Assembly: GCA_964500865.1 (NCBI GenBank)
Contig: CAZCQJ010000003.1
Location: forward strand, 33,812-73,328
DNA from: an uncultured Bdellovibrionales bacterium
GTDB taxonomy: Bacteria; Patescibacteriota; Minisyncoccia; Moranbacterales; UBA1568
Reading direction: 5' to 3'
DNA length: 39,517 nucleotides
A program made the translations under genes and the position numbers. How positions within the stretch are numbered: the stretch's first letter is position 1; the number at the start of each line of letters is the position of its first letter. This document shows, one piece after another, positions 29,148-36,854 of the stretch. The notes beneath the pieces are model-generated. The model was given only the letters and a program-made list of their open reading frames with translations, was not told the DNA's origin and made no database searches.

Positions 29148-30500
29148 CTAGAGAAGTGCTTCAGGGATAACACCGAGCTGAAAAAGAAGCTCTCGGTGAT
29201 TGGCTTTATTCGGGCTGTACTTCCCCAGATATAAGTAGGGGAACCAGTCTGGATTCTGAGAAAATGTCTGCCAGGCAATAATATTTCCCTCTCGGTAAAT
29301 ATGATCTTTGGTAAAGCAGATACCAGGTGTGTGGCAATCTGTGCCACGAAAGGTGCGCACGCAGGCTAGCCAGGCAGCTTCGCGGGCACCCACCAAAAGA
29401 GCATCCCCCGTCTCGTCGACCGTCGGGTCGAGGTAGCGCATAAGTTGGTAGTAAGGCACAAGAATTTCGAAGACACCACGGAAGTCACGCGGAACGCCAT
29501 CGAGCCCAAGAGCCAGTCCAATTGAGAGGGTTCTTTCAGCGCCAGCAAAATCCTCGAAGTTTTTGTGAAGTACCTGTGCCGAAAAAGTAGCGAGACCCTC
29601 CTCGAGGTTATCGTAGTTGGCAAGCCCCAGACTAAGAAGTTTTAGAGGGAGCTTTTCGCCATTCATTTGACGACTTACATGGCAACCAATCTCATGGACT
29701 AAAAGGTCACGAAGTGTTTCAGTGTCCACCTCTCGCTTCTCGGGAATGAAAATAGTTTTTTGCTGGTTGTTAGTGTTAATGGCGCTTTTGCTTGAGCGAC
29801 TAATAACCACCTGCCACTCGGTAAAACCAAGTACTTGGAGGCCCCGAAGGAACACTGTTTGGATTTCGGGTGCAGTATACGTTTTTTCTTCGCGCATATC
29901 TACAAGAGCTGTAAGTGGTGCAAAATATTCCTCGGCATATTTTTTTGCCAAGAGAAAGGCTGCTGGAGCAGAACAGTGAATATCTCGTTCTGTAGGAGTA
30001 TGTATAGGAGGAAGCTTTTCGAGGAGATTTTCAGAGAGCACTTTTGCGACGGTATCGTCACCAGTGATGATTGGCAGTATTTTTTTATGCAAGAAGGATA
30101 GGAGGTTTTCAAAAGTCTCTACCGATGGGCTGCCGTAGAGGAGGGCGCAGTTCTTTTTGAATGTCACCATGTCTCCGGCAGCCACAGAACGGAGTAGATC
30201 AATCTTAGCGAGATCAAGGACGATGTGATTTTGGTAAACCTCCACAACCATATGGTTTGTCTCGCGCTGCCCTATGTCATCATACAGCTCTTTAAGGAGT
30301 CTCTGACGTTCGGTTATTTTTGCAAGATCGATAAAGGGGTATTCGAAAACAGGGTTGTGAATATCTCCAGCAAAAAATTGTTGTTTCGTGTGCTCTCGAG
30401 ATGTAGCATCGCCATCGAGGTATTCGAAGAGAGAAAGATTGCTTGCGGAGAGGAGTTTGGGAAACCATTTCGCATCGAGCTGAAGAGTAGGTTCTGACAT
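29148..30500 (-). CDS. DUF1704 'QEGLA-motif' protein (predicted metallo-carboxypeptidase-like)
   Basis: HEIGCHV (HExxH) followed by LEEGLAT, the QEGLA-motif position. About 450 aa. Confidence 0.7.
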   Translation of the reverse strand: MSEPTLQLDAKWFPKLLSASNLSLFEYLDGDATSREHTKQQFFAGDIHNPVFEYPFIDLAKITERQRLLKELYDDIGQRETNHMVVEVYQNHIVLDLAKIDLLRSVAAGDMVTFKKNCALLYGSPSVETFENLLSFLHKKILPIITGDDTVAKVLSENLLEKLPPIHTPTERDIHCSAPAAFLLAKKYAEEYFAPLTALVDMREEKTYTAPEIQTVFLRGLQVLGFTEWQVVISRSSKSAINTNNQQKTIFIPEKREVDTETLRDLLVHEIGCHVSRQMNGEKLPLKLLSLGLANYDNLEEGLATFSAQVLHKNFEDFAGAERTLSIGLALGLDGVPRDFRGVFEILVPYYQLMRYLDPTVDETGDALLVGAREAAWLACVRTFRGTDCHTPGICFTKDHIYREGNIIAWQTFSQNPDWFPYLYLGKYSPNKANHRELLFQLGVIPEALL

Positions 30501-30586
30501 GTGGAGGTAAAAAGTAAAAAAGAGGGCAGCACCCTCTTCTTTATTGTAATCGCTCTCCAGAAATAAGTGAAGTGAGATAGTAGTAG

Positions 30587-31537
30587 CTAGGGAAGATTCT
30601 TCAGGAAGGCCTGAAAATACGATTCTCGGAGAGCTTCATTACCGAAAGCGTGCAGAAGATCCATTCCAGGAGCAGTGTTCATCTCGACTAAGAAGGGTTT
30701 GCTACTTTCGTCAAACATGAAGTCGAGCGAGTAACTAGCGCCAGGGAAAGCTGAAAGCTTTTGAGTAATTTGTTCTGCGAAGTCAATAACATTTGGTGGG
30801 AGTGCATCTGGCAAAATAATTTCTGCGCTGGCTCCCTGGTGGAAGTTTGTAAACAGCGAACCTTGAGACGCAATTCGTGAAATAGCGTAGGCAAAGGTGT
30901 GGTTGATATAGACGAGACGCAAATCAACAACTTCATCAGGCTGAGAGAGCGGCGGGATGCCAGTGGTCACTACAAATGTTTGTGCAAGGAGCGGAAAGGT
31001 AAGTGGCATCTCGTGGAGCACCGCTTTGTTCTCAATAAGCACGCCGTGTCCACCGGATCCATGAAGAGGCTTTAAGACTGCCTTCTCGCCGATAAGTGTA
31101 TCGAGAGCCATGGTGAGTTCTTGGGGTGTTGTAACCAGAAACGATGGCGCCATAAACTCCTGCAAGAAAAGATATTGCGTAAATTTGTTATCCATTGGTG
31201 TGCGGAAGAGGGGGTGATTCACCATCTTGGTACGTTCTGCCATTTTCATCTTAAGGGCAAAGTAGCGGTAGTTGTGCTTACCGGCCACCTTATCGAGGAT
31301 AAGGTCTGGGGTAACTGGTTCTGGTGCTTTCTGCCAGTGGTTATCGCGAAACATCCAGGCCTTATCGAAAGTGCCTGTGGCGCAGTTATACCACTTTATA
31401 TGGGCTCGATAAAAATGTACACCAAGAATTTCTCCCTTAATATGCCATTCTTCGAAGGCGCGCTTAGTGGGGGTATTTAGTATGGGGAATTCCTCGTTCC
31501 AGTCATCCTTGTTGTAGAGTACGACGATGTGTTTCAC
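30587..31537 (-). CDS. ATP-grasp family ligase
   Basis: VLKPLHGSGGHGVLI, and the LVEMNTAPG C-terminal Mg/ATP-binding region. 4-nt overlap with the upstream gene. Confidence 0.7.
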   Translation of the reverse strand: MKHIVVLYNKDDWNEEFPILNTPTKRAFEEWHIKGEILGVHFYRAHIKWYNCATGTFDKAWMFRDNHWQKAPEPVTPDLILDKVAGKHNYRYFALKMKMAERTKMVNHPLFRTPMDNKFTQYLFLQEFMAPSFLVTTPQELTMALDTLIGEKAVLKPLHGSGGHGVLIENKAVLHEMPLTFPLLAQTFVVTTGIPPLSQPDEVVDLRLVYINHTFAYAISRIASQGSLFTNFHQGASAEIILPDALPPNVIDFAEQITQKLSAFPGASYSLDFMFDESSKPFLVEMNTAPGMDLLHAFGNEALRESYFQAFLKNLP

Positions 31538-32943
31538 AAAATTCCTTTAGTCACATCGATATAGAATTGCCCAAGGTTTTTGGCGCCAATAATTGCCTTG
31601 TAGCGAAGGTGACCACGATCGATAATCGATACGCGTGTATTAAATGATTCTCCACCGAGAATAAGGTTAGTGTTAATCATTGGTCGGTATGAGGTGCCAT
31701 GCGAAGAATTTACGGGCACTTTTCCGGCGAGGTGTTCAATGCCGGCGAAGAGGCGAGCGCGTTCTTTTTGAGTGAGCTCTGCTAAGACGTCACGACCATT
31801 CTGGCGTGATTGAAATTCATCGAGCATGGCTTGGTAGCCGAGTTCATGAGCAAGTTCGGTATCGATAGAGGTTGAGTCGGCGCCGGTGTCGATTTTGGTG
31901 AGGACGTCGATTGTTTTACCATTGATGCCGGTGAAGGTAACGGTTTCGTAAGCACCGATAACACGCTTGCCAGAAATCTCCTCGATCTCCTCTTCAATTT
32001 CTCCACCAAATAAATCCATACCTACGCGAATACCCCGAGCAACACTTTTAATTTTGATACCACTCACGCGTTCAAGACGTTCCTTAAGACCAGCACTGTT
32101 CGCCAGCTGAATAGAAAGTCCTGGGCGGGCATTGAGCTCGATGATGACTGGGCCATGATCACGGTCAATCGCGATGTCGGCACCTAAAAATCCAAGACCA
32201 GAAATTTCCTGGGCCTTAGCAGACAGGTAAAGAATTTCTTTCCAGTGAGGAATTTTCATTCCAGAAAGCAAGAGTTCGCTGTCGGGGACGTATTCGATAG
32301 GGTGACCCTTGCCATAAATAGCGCTGGTAGTAATGCCGGTAGCGAGGTCGATACCAACGCCAATAGCACCTTGCTGGAGGTTGGCCTTACCGCTCGAAGC
32401 GCGAGTTGGGAGGCGGAGCATTGCCATTACCGGTACGCGATTAAACACGATGACACGGATGTCTGGTATACCCTTAAATGAGTATGGTTTAAAAAACTTA
32501 TGGAGTTTGAGGCGCTCTTCAAAAAAAGCCACGTCGGGAGTATTAGCTAGCGAAAAAGAGCCGTCTAAGATGTTACGGATATGGGCCTTAAGATCTTCAA
32601 TGGTCACCATACTGCCGTCGGCTTTAATCCAGGCGTCAGGGCGATTTTTTTTGCGGGCAAAAACTACTAAGATTCCTTCTCCACCAAAACCACGATTTGG
32701 CTTGAGAGCAAAACCGCCGGGTAATGAATTCCAGTTAAAGTTTTCGAGTTCTTCGTAATTACGAATACGCCCAAGTAACGCCGGAACTGCAATGCCATTT
32801 TTATGCAGCACGCGCTTCGAATAAAGCTTCTCGTCAGCCAAGCGACGAGCTCGTTTTTTATTATACGGACGAACATACTGAAGGTTGCGGGAATTCATCC
32901 CGAGAACCTTGTTCCCGTTTATGAGGAATTGAAGAATATTCAT
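31534..32943 (-). CDS. RimK-related alpha-L-glutamate-ligase-like ATP-grasp fused to a RimB-like retropepsin ('ATP-dependent Zn protease') domain
   Basis: The N-terminus LGMNSRNLQYVRPYN..RARRLADEKLYSK and FALKPNRGFGGEGILVV are ATP-grasp. The C-terminus LTKIDTGADSTSID ... SIIDRGHLRYKAIIGAKNL has the DTGA aspartyl-protease fold signature. Confidence 0.7.
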   Translation of the reverse strand: MNILQFLINGNKVLGMNSRNLQYVRPYNKKRARRLADEKLYSKRVLHKNGIAVPALLGRIRNYEELENFNWNSLPGGFALKPNRGFGGEGILVVFARKKNRPDAWIKADGSMVTIEDLKAHIRNILDGSFSLANTPDVAFFEERLKLHKFFKPYSFKGIPDIRVIVFNRVPVMAMLRLPTRASSGKANLQQGAIGVGIDLATGITTSAIYGKGHPIEYVPDSELLLSGMKIPHWKEILYLSAKAQEISGLGFLGADIAIDRDHGPVIIELNARPGLSIQLANSAGLKERLERVSGIKIKSVARGIRVGMDLFGGEIEEEIEEISGKRVIGAYETVTFTGINGKTIDVLTKIDTGADSTSIDTELAHELGYQAMLDEFQSRQNGRDVLAELTQKERARLFAGIEHLAGKVPVNSSHGTSYRPMINTNLILGGESFNTRVSIIDRGHLRYKAIIGAKNLGQFYIDVTKGIL

Positions 32944-32953
32944 AGCCCTCTTA

Positions 32954-33619
32954 TTACAGCTGCTTGAGCACCCGATGGAAGCGCAGGTATTCGCTGACGC
33001 GGAGACCTGACCAGCGACCCAGAATAAAGTTGATCACAAAGGTGAGGAGAATGAGCCAGGGGTATTTCAGGAGTGCCAGTACCAGCCCCTGCCAGTGAAT
33101 AAGGTAATACCCGACGATCGAAATAAGCAGGGTTTCTCCGGCCAAGATAAGGGCAGTTTTAGTACCTTTTTCAATTTGAGTGGCCACAAATTTTTCAGCT
33201 AAGCTAATCATAATGAGGAGCGGGAAAATAGACACTGCAGCGAGACCGGTGCGCTGGTAGAGACCACCAATAGTCAGGACGCCCAAAATAGCGAGCGATA
33301 CTACCGAAAGGGTAATAGCTACACGAGGCAAGTATAAAAGACGAAAGTTTTTCAGGACGTAGCGAGTCACCATCCCGACGACCAGAATACTGACAAAAAT
33401 AGCAACGCCATACTTAAGTCCGTTCGGGTCAAAGGCAAGGAGTGCGAAGGTAAAGATCGATGGTGTATAAATACCGAAGGCTTTAATACCAACTACCTGA
33501 CGGAAAAAAGCCACCAAAGTCGCAATGACTGGCAGCATGAGGAGTAGGGCGACCGTCTGTAGAGGCACGCCCTGAGCAAGAAACAAAGAAACAAGAGCGT
33601 GGTATTCCTGGTAAGCCAT
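32954..33619 (-). CDS. 7-TM membrane protein (7TM domain usually fused to inactive transglutaminase)
   Basis: Seven hydrophobic helices. FRQVVGIKAFGIYTPSIFTFA matches the conserved first-helix region of that family as I recall it. Confidence 0.6.
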   Translation of the reverse strand: MAYQEYHALVSLFLAQGVPLQTVALLLMLPVIATLVAFFRQVVGIKAFGIYTPSIFTFALLAFDPNGLKYGVAIFVSILVVGMVTRYVLKNFRLLYLPRVAITLSVVSLAILGVLTIGGLYQRTGLAAVSIFPLLIMISLAEKFVATQIEKGTKTALILAGETLLISIVGYYLIHWQGLVLALLKYPWLILLTFVINFILGRWSGLRVSEYLRFHRVLKQL

Positions 33620-33630
33620 AGAATTGTAGA

Positions 33631-34122
33631 TTAGTGATCAAGATGCCTATCAAATGTCATTCGAGCCGAGTGACAGAGGGCGAGCGCAAGGGCGTCGGCC
33701 GTATCATCTGGCTTGGGTATCGTTGCAAGGTTTAGCAGGATACGAACCATTTCCTGAACCTGGCGCTTATCGGCGCGCCCGTAGTTCGTCAGGGCCTGCT
33801 TCACCTCGAGCGGTGTGTACCCCGTTACAGTAACAGAAAACGACTGAAGTGTCAAGAGTATAACGCCGCGCGCCTGGGCTACATCAATAACGGTTTTTTG
33901 GTTATTATAAAAGAAAAGTTCCTCGACGGCAGCAGTATCTGGCTTATACAGCTCAATAATATCTGAGAGATCTTGATAAATTTCTAGAAGGCGTTGAGAA
34001 AGAGGGAGATTTTTATCTGTACTAATGTGGCCGTAAGCGACCGACTCATTTTTTTGGCCAGTTTTACGCACAACACCCCATCCGATGGTGGCGAGCCCTG
34101 GATCAATACCAAGAATAATCAT
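33631..34122 (-). CDS. ruvC: Holliday junction resolvase RuvC
   Basis: MIILGIDPGLATIGWGV ... AVEELFF ... DTADALALALCH. Confidence 0.93.
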   Translation of the reverse strand: MIILGIDPGLATIGWGVVRKTGQKNESVAYGHISTDKNLPLSQRLLEIYQDLSDIIELYKPDTAAVEELFFYNNQKTVIDVAQARGVILLTLQSFSVTVTGYTPLEVKQALTNYGRADKRQVQEMVRILLNLATIPKPDDTADALALALCHSARMTFDRHLDH

Positions 34123-34127
34123 GATTG

Positions 34128-34691
34128 TTAGAATTGCTGGTTGGCGTTTTCGTGTCGGCCGGTGGCTTGTTTTACCAGAAGCATAATTTCCTCCTTGTAG
34201 GTTTCTGGATTAGGAACATTGCGAAAGTGAAAGTGAGTTTCTTCGCCGGCGGTCTGAACCACAACATCACCAAAGTCCAGAAGGGTAGGGAAAAATCCCT
34301 CAATAGTGGCCGTAACATCCTGGATACGCGTAAGAGTTACCTCGCTTATGGTGCGAATAAAGAGGTTTTTTTGCTCAATGTTAATGATGCGCTCATTGGT
34401 GATAATCCAGACATCAAAGTAGTAATCGATCCAGGTAATAAAAACATATACCCACAGCAGGAGAAGAAATCCACTCAAAAAGAAAGAAAAAAGTGCTGCA
34501 TCAAGCGTGAGGCCAAAACTTTTTGGTAGGAGCGAGGTAACAATAAGACTCACAAGGATAAGGAGTGATATGGTGCCTACTACAAAAAAATGCGTAGCAA
34601 TATTAAACCAGTGACGGTGGACTATCGAGATAACGCGTTCATTTTGGCGCTGGCCAGGAAAGTTTTTGATAAGAGCCATAGAATTTACCAA
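34128..34691 (-). CDS. Membrane protein with bacterial PH (bPH_2/YdbT-like) domain
   Basis: Two TM helices, then YYFDVWIITNERIINIEQKNLF.R....V.L.RIQDV. Confidence 0.7.
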   Translation of the reverse strand: MVNSMALIKNFPGQRQNERVISIVHRHWFNIATHFFVVGTISLLILVSLIVTSLLPKSFGLTLDAALFSFFLSGFLLLLWVYVFITWIDYYFDVWIITNERIINIEQKNLFIRTISEVTLTRIQDVTATIEGFFPTLLDFGDVVVQTAGEETHFHFRNVPNPETYKEEIMLLVKQATGRHENANQQF

Positions 34692-34972
34692 GGAGTTTTT
34701 TGTGACTTGAACGAGGGCTGTGGAGCAAGGGGTGTACTTGGGAGAAAATTGCTCTGTGATGTTAGCCCAAATATTTTTTGGAGGTTAAGGGCTTTGAAGC
34801 TCACGATGTTCATTATGAGGAGCACACAGAAAAGAACACTAAAAACAACAACCCCTACCAAACCAAAAGCTTTGTTGAGGGAGTAACGTAGTAGGTGATA
34901 CGCAACAAATAATGCGCTGACGCAGAAAATAAACAGAATGAGCGCGTACAAAAAAGTGAAAAGAGTATCCAT
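34685..34972 (-). CDS. Small two-TM membrane protein, hypothetical
   Basis: MDTLFTFLYALILFIFCVSALFVAY... ATG at 34972 chosen to avoid overlap with ruvB. Confidence 0.45.
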   Translation of the reverse strand: MDTLFTFLYALILFIFCVSALFVAYHLLRYSLNKAFGLVGVVVFSVLFCVLLIMNIVSFKALNLQKIFGLTSQSNFLPSTPLAPQPSFKSQKTPW

Positions 34973-35000
34973 GTCTCTATTGTAGCGAGTCCACGAAATG

Positions 35001-36014
35001 TTACAAGAGTTTTTGCTGATGATCCTTAGGTACTTCTTTGCCCACATGGGCGTAGCCCTCTGGCGTTACTACCCGGCCGCGCGGTGTTCGTGCTAAAAAG
35101 CCAAGTTGAATCAGGTAGGGTTCATACACTTCTTCGATGGTCGAGGCCTCTTCGCCAGTAATGGCGGCAAGTGCTTGGATGCCAACAGGCCCACCCTTGT
35201 ATTTTTCGATGAGGGTCGTAAGAATATGGCGGTCGGTTGGCTCGAGACCCAGGTAGTCGACTTCAAAAAGCTTGAGGGCTTCTTGCGTCAGGTCTTCGGT
35301 GATCACGTTATCGCCATGAATCTGAACGTAGTCACGGACACGTTTGAGGATGCGGTTTGCGATACGGGGTGTTTGGCGGCTCGCATGGGCCACAGCAGTA
35401 GCACCGGCCGAGTCGATAGGCACACCCAAGAGGTGCGACGATCGCGTAACGATTTTGCCGATTTCATCCGGGCTGTAGAATTCAAGTTTGTGCGTGGAGC
35501 CAAAACGGTTCCTTAGTGGCTGGCTGAGTGATCCAAGTTTGGTGGTAGCGCCAATCAGGGTAAAGCGTGGTAGGTCGAGCTGTATAGTCCTTGCAGCAGG
35601 GCCTTTACCAATAATGATGTCGAGCTTAAAGTCTTCCATGGCGGGGTAGAGCACCTCCTCGATATTCTTATTCAGGCGGTGGATTTCGTCGATAAACAGC
35701 ACATCACCTGGCTCAAGGTTGGTGAGGATCGAGCCTAAGTCACCGACTTTTTCGATGGCGGGGCCACTGGTAATGCGGATATTTACCCCCATTTCTTTGG
35801 CGATAATGTGTGCCAGGGTGGTTTTCCCAAGTCCGGCTGAGCCATAGAGCAGCACGTGGTCGATATTTTCGCCGCGTTTCTTGGCAGCCTCGATAAATAA
35901 ACCCAGATTGCGCTTGATTTTCTCTTGCCCAACGTATTCGTCAAAGTGTTTCGGACGAAGTGCGTTGTCGATTTGAATGTCTTCTGGTAATACTTGGTCG
36001 CTTTGGGTTATCAT
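35001..36014 (-). CDS. ruvB: Holliday junction branch-migration helicase RuvB
   Basis: [13 protein letters not shown], Walker [12 protein letters not shown], Walker [16 protein letters not shown] near the C-terminus. ATG at 36014. Confidence 0.96.
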   Translation of the reverse strand: MITQSDQVLPEDIQIDNALRPKHFDEYVGQEKIKRNLGLFIEAAKKRGENIDHVLLYGSAGLGKTTLAHIIAKEMGVNIRITSGPAIEKVGDLGSILTNLEPGDVLFIDEIHRLNKNIEEVLYPAMEDFKLDIIIGKGPAARTIQLDLPRFTLIGATTKLGSLSQPLRNRFGSTHKLEFYSPDEIGKIVTRSSHLLGVPIDSAGATAVAHASRQTPRIANRILKRVRDYVQIHGDNVITEDLTQEALKLFEVDYLGLEPTDRHILTTLIEKYKGGPVGIQALAAITGEEASTIEEVYEPYLIQLGFLARTPRGRVVTPEGYAHVGKEVPKDHQQKLL

Positions 36015-36103
36015 AGGGGTCTTTTTTTGTAGTATAGCAGTTTTTTGGGGTGCTGACGAACCGTAGGGAAGAAACAATGGCTTACATAAGCCACGCTAAC
36101 CCC

Positions 36104-36132
36104 TTGACAAGATTCTTTTCCTATGCTAAGCT
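36104..36132 (+). promoter_or_regulatory. Candidate promoter TTGACA-17-TAAGCT pointing into the gene-free locus
   Basis: TTGACA at 36104-36109, 17-nt spacer, TAAGCT at 36127-36132. Orientation is opposite to both flanking operons. Confidence 0.4.
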
Positions 36133-36139
36133 ACTTAGT

Positions 36140-36800
36140 CGACTTGAGAAAGTTGGCAATTAAAAATCTTGGAGCGTCTCTTTCTGTGAGTATCTGTATA
36201 CTTTTAGAAAGAGGCGTTTCCATTTCGGTCGGACGCGTCTTCGAGCCCAGGTGACTCGGCGTGATTCCACAATCACGAAGCTTCTGTAGTGAGCCCCCTT
36301 AAGGCAAAACTACAGCACTGATTCCTTGTGGGAGAGGTCGGTGAAAAAAAGCGGGTAGGGCTACGCGGTGTGGTCTTACAAAGATACGAGTCTTTCCATG
36401 GTAGCTCCATAGGACTTGTAGAGGATAGCGTATCGAACCTGTTTAGGTATATTCGTGCGTGAGTGTTCTTGACCGGACAACGAAGGAACGCTGTAGTTTT
36501 GGTCGTAGGCATACGATTGGAACGCAGATGCTTTCTCCTCAGGGTGGTAGTTGGTAACGTTCCAAATGCCGCCCACCCTCATAGGATGCATATCCTATCT
36601 GATGAGTCCAAAAGGACGAAAGGGAAAATATTTCTTTTACATCTGTAGACAGTTTGGAGGGGCTCTATCTTTTCTCTTCAAATATGGGCAGCTGTTTCCA
36701 GACATGGGTAGGGGGGTTTCGGCTCTGCTATTCCTCGATTGGCTGGCTTTCCTGGGGTTCCTATATTCCGGGGTGTGTCTACAGCTTTAAGTGAGATAGC
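36140..36800 (+). ncRNA. Candidate roughly 660-nt structured RNA of unknown class containing the hammerhead
   Basis: No credible ORF. Many local hairpins: 36171-36220 GGAGCGTCTCTTTCT/AGAAAGAGGCGTTTCC; 36284-36315 CTGTAGT/ACTACAG; long-range CTGTAGAC 36643-36650 / GTCTACAG 36777-36784. Bounded by a promoter-like site and a terminator. Confidence 0.3.
36576..36624 (+). ncRNA. Hammerhead self-cleaving ribozyme, type III topology
   Basis: CCCUC^AUAGGAU-GCAU-AUCCUAU-CUGAUGA-GUCC-AAAA-GGAC-GAAA-GGG. All core nucleotides are present (C3 U4 G5 A6 N7 G8 A9, G12 A13 A14, A15.1-U16.1, C17). Closed stems I (7 bp) and II (4 bp), open stem III (4 bp). Predicted cleavage between 36580 and 36581. Confidence 0.8.
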
Positions 36801-36837
36801 AAAAACACGCTTTGTAAAAAGCGTGTTTTTTGTTTGT
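36801..36837. terminator. Bidirectional rho-independent terminator
   Basis: 13-bp perfect stem AAAAACACGCTTT-GTAA-AAAGCGTGTTTTT with T/A runs on both sides. Serves pilB (minus strand) and the plus-strand locus. Confidence 0.7.
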
Positions 36838-36854
36838 CTCTATAGAGTAACTGA

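Noticed and set aside
34125-34529. 134-aa plus-strand ORF
   Set aside because: It is antisense to the well-supported PH-domain membrane protein (34128..34691) and has low-complexity Lys-rich sequence.
36273-36790. Short ORFs in the gene-free locus (36273..36512 -, 36376..36591 -, 36463..36648 +, 36551..36790 +)
   Set aside because: They overlap one another and have no SD or conserved motifs. The longest plus-strand ORF starts at TTG and reads straight through the hammerhead core. The region is better explained as RNA.
36100-36850. RNase P RNA, tmRNA, SRP RNA or group II intron identity for the structured locus
   Set aside because: - I searched both strands by eye for GGAAAGUCC / ACAGAA..CCGGCUUA (P4), and for a tRNA-like T-arm plus CCA with a tag ORF.
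- I also searched for the GGAA-tetraloop helix 8 motif and for a domain V AGC hairpin.
- Only loose partial matches turned up, for example GCUCCAUAGG at 36404.
- A covariance-model scan is still needed.
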